Shown: positions 58,239 through 64,000 of the stretch, in pieces | Layout of the letters: each line of letters starts with the position of its first letter | Numbering within the stretch: the first letter of the stretch is position 1 | Virus record (IMG/VR): IMGVR_UViG_3300026538_000054 | Location: 1 to 64,000 of that record | DNA from: a virus | Length of the DNA: 64,000 nucleotides | Strand: one strand, 5' to 3' | The notes under the pieces: generated by a model | Database searches by the model: none | Seen by the model: only the letters and a program-made list of their open reading frames with translations | Told to the model about the DNA's origin: nothing | Made by a program: the position numbers and the translations under genes

Positions 58239-58515
58239 AAAACTGACACGAAAACTGACAGGGGTCTGTTTCACATTACCCATCTCCAACAGCCGTAAGA
58301 GGTTGCGACCTGGAAAGACAAGAAAGCTCGCACGCCTGGCACATGGGCGAGCGCTGTTCCAACGCCTTCACCTCTTCTGCGCCTTAGCTCAGCTAATGCC
58401 TTTCATCGCAACCACTTACGGCAACCAAGTCAACGAGCGACACGCTCGATGACGGTGCTTTTCTTACCTGATTGCGACTCGTTTGACCACGGGAAAACTG
58501 ACAGGAAAACTGACA
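58239..58515. other. putative attP site
   Basis: paired AAAACTGACA arm repeats on both sides, 17-bp inverted repeat, central tRNA-5'-like TAGCTCAG. Confidence 0.55.
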
Positions 58516-58610
58516 CCACCCTGGCAGGTATTAAGCTAAAATCTCTCCTGAAACGTGTCAATATCTCTTGCCGCTCTTTAGCCAGCGGTTACTGTTCCGC
58601 GTACGGAGAG

Positions 58611-58880
58611 ATGTCCATGAGCGACGAGACGAAGACCGTGGCGCCCCTGACGAACGCCAAGCCCGAGACCAGGCCGCTGACCCCGTTCGTACTTCGCTGT
58701 CCCTGCTGTAACGAGGAGAAAGCCAGCTTCGCGCTGTTCCTCGGCAACCTGGGCGACGGCGAAGAAATGCAATGCCAGGAGTGCGACCATACCGTCAACC
58801 TGGATGATGTGAGGGACCTCATCGATCGTTGGTCGGTGTTTCTGGCCTGGCTGGCGTTGTTGCCGGCCGGGAAGGGTTGA
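58611..58880 (+). CDS. small zinc-finger protein
   Basis: CPCC..CQEC, GGAG RBS. Confidence 0.6.
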   Translation: MSMSDETKTVAPLTNAKPETRPLTPFVLRCPCCNEEKASFALFLGNLGDGEEMQCQECDHTVNLDDVRDLIDRWSVFLAWLALLPAGKG

Positions 58881-58908
58881 GCGCAGTGCGTAGAAAGGAG
58901 TGTGTGCG

Positions 58909-59166
58909 ATGTTGATCCGTCTGGTGTTGCCGCCCGAGAAGGCGACATTCGCCTGCGTCAAGAAGCTGCCTGGTCTGGATGGTCTGAAGCTCGACGCAAA
59001 GTACGGCCTGGTGCCGATCGGCGGACATGGCTACGTGGTGAGAGCGAAAGGCCCGCCCGAGAACGTCAAGCCGCGGGTCAGCCCGGAGATCCAGAGTTGG
59101 TATCCGGGCCCGCAAGTCTCACCCGTCGGTGAGAAGAAAGGCGAGGGCACAGTATGTCGATCGTGA
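58909..59166 (+). CDS. hypothetical protein
   Basis: AAGGAG RBS. Confidence 0.55.
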   Translation: MLIRLVLPPEKATFACVKKLPGLDGLKLDAKYGLVPIGGHGYVVRAKGPPENVKPRVSPEIQSWYPGPQVSPVGEKKGEGTVCRS

Positions 59167-59213
59167 AGATACAAGTGACGGCCGAGGACATCGCCACTTG
59201 AGCACCGGCAACG

Positions 59214-59258
59214 CCACAGCGATCCCTGGGGGGATCGCTGTGGTATTTTCTTCCTTTT
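59214..59258 (+). terminator. intrinsic terminator abutting a solo repeat
   Basis: CCACAGCGATCCC / GGGATCGCTGTGG plus T-rich tract. Confidence 0.6.
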
Positions 59259-59288
59259 AGCCCTCTACAGCGGGCTAAAAGCTGCGAC
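59252..59288 (+). repeat. solo diverged CRISPR repeat
   Basis: AGCCCTCTACAGCGGGCTAAAAGCTGCGAC. Confidence 0.8.
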
Positions 59289-59316
59289 ATGGACGTGAAC
59301 AACGAGTACCGCCAAG

Positions 59317-61029
59317 ATGCTTGCCCTTGACGATCCTGACCTGCGCGCCTTTATCGCGCGCACTGCTGCCTCGACCTACTCGCTTGGCAAGGAGGCGGTC
59401 TCCCTGGTCAAGAAGGGAGGCACGCCCGAGACGACCCACGCCCTGGCCGGCAGGCTCTACCTCTCCCGCTCGGGGTGGCTGCTGCTCAGCGTCCCCAACG
59501 CCCTGGTGCGAGGCGCCTTCGACGCCCTGGACGAGCCAGGATTGGAGCTGCCTTCGGGTCACAATGGTGGACGACTAAACTCTCACATCTCTGTTATTTC
59601 GCCCCGCGAGATGGAGAAGGCGAACCTTGACCCTGAGGCCGTGTCCGAACGCGGACACTCGTTCCACTACACCCTGGGCCCGATCCGCACGGTCAGGCCG
59701 AAGAACTGGGAAGAGATCGAGCGTGTCTGGTACATCCAGGTCAAATCGCCTGAGCTGGAGAAGTTGCGTTTGTCCTACGGTCTCTCGGCCAGGCCTAATA
59801 ACGACAAATTCGATCTGCATTGTACGATAGCGGTAAGGCGCCGAGGTGTTCTACGAAGTAATACCGAAGTCAAGAAGGAGGCTGCTACGGACAGAGCGAC
59901 GCGTGGAGAGCGCGTGTTCACCAGTATGGTCCCGCGCGCTGCGTTGGCTTACGTTCGGCGGCATGGGTTGCTGGGTGGCAAGGCCCTCATGGACCGGCCG
60001 GACGCTCTGGCCGCTGCGGCCAGCAGTAGAGGGCTTAGCACGGGCGAACTCAGGGCTGATATCCAGCGCACCCTGGACGGCTGGAAGAGGGGTGAGGCTG
60101 GCGGGCCGAATGTCTTTTTCCATCTCCCGCCTGACGAGACGCAGTTTCCGGACAATCACCCCTTCAGGAAGCATGACCTGGTGCCGGTGAGGGTTCGGTT
60201 CGACGAGCTTGTGCGCGACGCTCCGGACACCAGGGTCTACGGCATGGAGCTGGAGCCCTACGACCCTGCCAGGCACGTCACAGGCATGGAGCGGCACCGC
60301 TATCTGAAGCCTGACGAAGTGGATACCTTTCTCAGCAAGTCTCCGCGGGACCTCTGGGCCAACTACGCCGACCCTGACAAGAGCGGCTACTACGCCCCCA
60401 ACGTACCGCACGCTTCGCTGCACACGCCGGACGGCACCGTGCCGGCGAGATATCTGGACTTTCCCGATGAGCTTGATGAGGGGCCCAGGCTGCCAACGGC
60501 GCTTAGAGGCTTGAAGTCCGCGGGCGCTTCTTCACCGGTCGAGAAGGCCAAGGAGCTTCTCGCCTCCTGGGGTGATGACGCGCCGTCCATCTACCTTCAC
60601 CAGACCGACAAGAAGGCCTGGCTGATGGTCGGCGACTGGCATGAGAGCGAGTCGGTCAAGAAGTGGTGTGAGGAGCTGGAGAAAGCCCTGCCCGGCTACG
60701 AACTACAGTGCGAGAGCGAGGCCCAGCCCGTGTCCGTGAAACCAGGGAAAGAGAAGGACGGCTGGCTGCGTGTGAAGACCGCTGCCGAGGTGCTGGGCCT
60801 CAGGGTCACCCGTGTCGCTCTTGGCCTGCCACATGCTCTTGCTTGTTTGAGCGGGTGCAGCGAATCGCCCGCCCAGGAAGACAAACCGCCCGACATCTAC
60901 GACAAGACGGAGGCGTTGAAGCACCCGACCACCGCGGCGGATGAGCCACCGCCACCGGCCGACGAAGACGAGTCGCCCGCCGAAGAGCTCTTTGAGGACC
61001 TCGAAGACCTTGACGACGCTGTGAGATAA
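59317..61029 (+). CDS. multi-domain protein with N-terminal 2H phosphoesterase-like domain
   Basis: HISV and HCTI motifs about 78 aa apart; further domains separated by KxA motifs. Confidence 0.55.
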   Translation: MLALDDPDLRAFIARTAASTYSLGKEAVSLVKKGGTPETTHALAGRLYLSRSGWLLLSVPNALVRGAFDALDEPGLELPSGHNGGRLNSHISVISPREMEKANLDPEAVSERGHSFHYTLGPIRTVRPKNWEEIERVWYIQVKSPELEKLRLSYGLSARPNNDKFDLHCTIAVRRRGVLRSNTEVKKEAATDRATRGERVFTSMVPRAALAYVRRHGLLGGKALMDRPDALAAAASSRGLSTGELRADIQRTLDGWKRGEAGGPNVFFHLPPDETQFPDNHPFRKHDLVPVRVRFDELVRDAPDTRVYGMELEPYDPARHVTGMERHRYLKPDEVDTFLSKSPRDLWANYADPDKSGYYAPNVPHASLHTPDGTVPARYLDFPDELDEGPRLPTALRGLKSAGASSPVEKAKELLASWGDDAPSIYLHQTDKKAWLMVGDWHESESVKKWCEELEKALPGYELQCESEAQPVSVKPGKEKDGWLRVKTAAEVLGLRVTRVALGLPHALACLSGCSESPAQEDKPPDIYDKTEALKHPTTAADEPPPPADEDESPAEELFEDLEDLDDAVR

Positions 61030-61207
61030 GCGAGTTCTTTTACGGCCTCGGCAACAAGGCCGCCAGAGAGGCCTGCGTGTAGGATAGCGACCGGAAACTG
61101 TTTTCCGGAAAAGATTGGCTTCCCTCGCTAGTCTACACACAGGCCTCTCTGGCGGCCTTGTTGTCAGGAACGGAAAAGCAGCTTACGGTGCTGCTACGAT
61201 GACCGCT

Positions 61208-61315
61208 AGACCAAAGCCCTCCGCAATGGGCTAAAAGCTGCGACGGAGGCGGGAATACGCGACGACGCGACGTTCTACTTGCCAAAGCCCTCTGTAGCGG
61301 GCTAAAAGCTGCAAT
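61208..61315 (+). CRISPR. mini-array: 2 diverged repeats plus a 34-bp spacer
   Basis: repeats 61208-61244 and 61279-61315. Confidence 0.85.
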
Positions 61316-61393
61316 GTTAGGTGGCGCCTGTGTGGCCTTCCCGGCGGCCCGGTTGCCAGGGACGGAAAAGATCGACTCTAGAGGGGCACGCTC

Positions 61394-61993
61394 GTGAAGT
61401 CGCATCACGCTCCGGTCGTCATGGTCCCTGTCGGTGGCGAGGACGCTCCTGTGTGCCCGCACTGCGGCCAGGTCATCTCTCCTCAGGACGTCTACCGAGA
61501 CAAGCGTGGTTGGACGTTTCACCGTCCTTGCTTCCGCGCCGGCAAGGGCTCGGTGCTCCTGGAAGAGCCAAGGCCTTCCGGCCTTCCCTCCCTGGAGAAA
61601 GAGGCCAGCAATCCGTCTCTGGCCAGGCCCAGAGCGTTGAACGCGCTGGACGACACGGACAGGGTGCGTCGAAACCTGCTCACGCTTGGCTCAGCACAGC
61701 CGCCGGGCACTCTGCCTTCCGCACCGAGTTTTCTCACCCCTGGAGTGGTTCTTCCCGCTGCCGGCGCTGCGGGAGGCGCTCTGCTCTCAGGCGGCGATGA
61801 GGACGAAGAGGCGGAACGACGCATCCCGGCCAGGCTGCGCGGGGCGCTTCGCGGTATTGCGACCGGAGGCGGTGCCGCGCTGGGGCAGCACCTGGCCGGC
61901 GAGGCGACAGGTGGTGACCTGGGCTCTCGCGCGGGCGGCGGCCTTGCAGGGGGCGCCCTGGCCCTTCTTCTTTCCAGGGCGATACCGAAATGA
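61394..61993 (+). CDS. zinc-finger plus glycine-zipper putative virion protein
   Basis: CPHC..HRPC, EKEA, GGxxG segments. Confidence 0.55.
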   Translation: MKSHHAPVVMVPVGGEDAPVCPHCGQVISPQDVYRDKRGWTFHRPCFRAGKGSVLLEEPRPSGLPSLEKEASNPSLARPRALNALDDTDRVRRNLLTLGSAQPPGTLPSAPSFLTPGVVLPAAGAAGGALLSGGDEDEEAERRIPARLRGALRGIATGGGAALGQHLAGEATGGDLGSRAGGGLAGGALALLLSRAIPK

Positions 61994-62090
61994 GACCAGC
62001 ACAGGTGCTCATTCCGACCAGCTAAAAAACGACCGAAAAGGTGTCAATATCTCTTGCCGCCGGTCTATCTCAGGCCGGCTTTTTCGTTTC

Positions 62091-62531
62091 ATGCAAGAGG
62101 TGGACATGATCTTCCTGGACCGATCCGCGCTGGACCACGTCAAGTTCGCCCGCGTCATCGCTGTTCACAGGATCGTCCCGCCGGTCTATGAAGAGATTAG
62201 CGAGGGCCGTGTAACCTCCACGGGCTACCGCGTGGAGTGGCAGTCCTTCCGGGCCTCGGTGCTCCGGGGAGAACAGCCCGCTCCGCCCGAGGGCTGGCGG
62301 CCCCTCTGGGCGCGTCTGGTCGAGAAGATACGCCGGGCCCTGGCCTCCTCCGAGGCGCACGAGGCCGTCGCCCAACTGGTCTACGAAAGCGGCCTGGAGC
62401 GACTGGATGGCCCCCTGGTCGCTCCGCCTGCCGATCCCGACGAAGAGGCGCAGGGCCTCTTCGCCTGCGCCATCGCCGACCGGCCGTCCCACGGCCCCGT
62501 GGAGGCCCTGCGGAAGTTGATCTGGGCCTGA
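62091..62531 (+). CDS. hypothetical protein
   Basis: ORF downstream of the conserved 20-bp motif. Confidence 0.55.
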   Translation: MQEVDMIFLDRSALDHVKFARVIAVHRIVPPVYEEISEGRVTSTGYRVEWQSFRASVLRGEQPAPPEGWRPLWARLVEKIRRALASSEAHEAVAQLVYESGLERLDGPLVAPPADPDEEAQGLFACAIADRPSHGPVEALRKLIWA

Positions 62532-62546
62532 TAGGAGAAGTAGCAC

Positions 62547-63338
62547 GTGCCCGAAGAGGAATGGCTGCTGCCCGTCGGGGCGCTGGAGAAGCTGAACTAC
62601 GTGTCGCCGAAGTCATCGTTCAGGAAGCTGCGACTCTTCGCCTGCGCGTGCTTTGCCGCAGTGGACATTCCTCTGTGCGAGGCGGAAGAGAGCCAGATCG
62701 ACTTCGGCGAACAGGCCGCGGAGTCGCCGAATACCTGCTTCGGCATCAATATGCGATTCGAGTGGCTCGCCTGGCGCGAGGCGAACAACAAGCCGACAGG
62801 AGGTACACAACTACCGTGCATCCATGATGATCCGCTTAGCGCCGCGGAAGAGTCGCTTTTCGATTCCGCCTCCCTTGTCGCAGCCGTGCTGGATTGCCCA
62901 GCGACTGGCCACCTGTACGCCGAGAAGATTACCTCCAGGCTCAGGTCCCTGGTGTGGGACCTCTTCGGCAACCCGTTCCGGCCCGTGGAGATCAGGAAGA
63001 AGTGCCGGCGTTGTGCAGGCGTCGGCAGGTACAAGACAGTCGTCTATGTCGGCGACGGGAAAAGCGGGAGGATGGATCGCCACTGCCAGGCCTGCCGGGG
63101 CGTCGGGTGGTTTCAGCCTGACTGGCGCTCCTCTCGCGTGATCTCTCTGGCACAGCCGGCCTACGACGAGCGACTCCCTTCAAGAGAACTGGACACGGCA
63201 CGGCTCTTTGTCCTCTCCGACGCCATGGAGGAAGAGGCCGACGCGAGCCTTGATATCAGACTGCTCGAGCACCTACGCTCACCAGGGCCGCACTACCGCG
63301 GGTGCTGGGCCCTGGACCTCATCCTGGGAAAGGAGTGA
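62547..63338 (+). CDS. Gemmataceae-expanded family protein with DnaJ-type zinc finger insert
   Basis: RKLRLFACAC, DLFGNPFRPV, CRRCAGVG..CQACRGVG, HLRSPGPHYRGCWALDLILGKE. Confidence 0.65.
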   Translation: MPEEEWLLPVGALEKLNYVSPKSSFRKLRLFACACFAAVDIPLCEAEESQIDFGEQAAESPNTCFGINMRFEWLAWREANNKPTGGTQLPCIHDDPLSAAEESLFDSASLVAAVLDCPATGHLYAEKITSRLRSLVWDLFGNPFRPVEIRKKCRRCAGVGRYKTVVYVGDGKSGRMDRHCQACRGVGWFQPDWRSSRVISLAQPAYDERLPSRELDTARLFVLSDAMEEEADASLDIRLLEHLRSPGPHYRGCWALDLILGKE

Positions 63339-63344
63339 TTTCTT

Positions 63345-63992
63345 GTGACCGAGCAGGAATGGCTGAATAGCAACAACCCTCATGCGATGTTGGTCTGGAT
63401 GAAGCAAGAGGGGCGGGCTGTTAGCCTGCGCACGTTGCGGCTGTTTGCCGCGGGCTGTGCGAGGAACGTCAATCCGCCTCGCGGAAGCAGCCTTATCGCC
63501 CAGGGCTTGAGCGTGGCGGAGCGTTACGCCGACCGTCAGGCCACCGCTCGTGAGCTTGCAAACGCCTCGCTTCAAATGCCCAAGGGCTGTATCCAGGGTA
63601 GGGCCCTGTGGGGCAATAGAGAACTGTGGGCGGGAGTGGAGGACATTCTGTGGTATCGCAGCTCAATGGGGCTGATGGACGCCTTCTTGTTGCGGGATCT
63701 GGTTGGCAATCCGTTCAGGCCCTGGTTGAGCGAGCCCGCGACGGTGAACGAACTTGATGCCCGTCCCGGCGCGCAGATTTTTCTTTACCGCTGGTCGCAC
63801 GCCAACGACCATCTGGCCTGGTGCCTGGCGGATGTTTGTTACGAGAAGAACGACTGGAGGTCCTTGCCCGTCATCGCTGACGCCCTCGAGGACAACGGCT
63901 GCGAGGCCGCAGACGTCCTGACGCACCTTCGGTCCCCCGGCCCTCACGCCAGGGGATGCTGGGCCCTGGACCTGGTCCTTGGAAAGTGGTGA
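63345..63992 (+). CDS. Gemmataceae-expanded family protein (paralog)
   Basis: MTEQEWL, LRLFAAGC, DLVGNPFRP, LPVIADALEDNGC, GPHARGCWALDL. Confidence 0.7.
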   Translation: MTEQEWLNSNNPHAMLVWMKQEGRAVSLRTLRLFAAGCARNVNPPRGSSLIAQGLSVAERYADRQATARELANASLQMPKGCIQGRALWGNRELWAGVEDILWYRSSMGLMDAFLLRDLVGNPFRPWLSEPATVNELDARPGAQIFLYRWSHANDHLAWCLADVCYEKNDWRSLPVIADALEDNGCEAADVLTHLRSPGPHARGCWALDLVLGKW

Positions 63993-64000
63993 GAGAGAGG

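Overview
A high-GC segment of a large, probably temperate phage or phage-like element with a likely planctomycete (Gemmataceae-like) host. The host inference rests on TIGR02996-like, Planc_extracel-like and 'DLFGNPFRP...GCWALDL' family genes. Gene content: a replication/recombination module (SF4 helicase, primase, UDG-PolA fusion with an intein, RecA, RuvC-type resolvase), a portal-like gene, nucleotide enzymes (MazG-like, dCMP deaminase), many Gly/Ala-rich putative virion proteins, two P63C genes, and a tyrosine integrase/excisionase with an apparently intact attP. The standout is a stand-alone 628-aa Cas12m-like (type V-M/V-U1-like) effector with an 18-repeat CRISPR array and no cas1/cas2 in the window. 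Its leader-proximal spacer matches one of the element's own genes perfectly (38/38, TTG PAM). A further 18 diverged copies of the same repeat are scattered over about 10 intergenic loci as solo repeats and one-spacer mini-arrays. These copies keep the repeat's pseudoknot pairing through compensatory changes, and several lie 28-42 nt upstream of start codons. Together this suggests a CRISPR effector repurposed as a genome-wide regulator or RNA processor (inference, untested). All family assignments are by motif recognition only; no searches were run.
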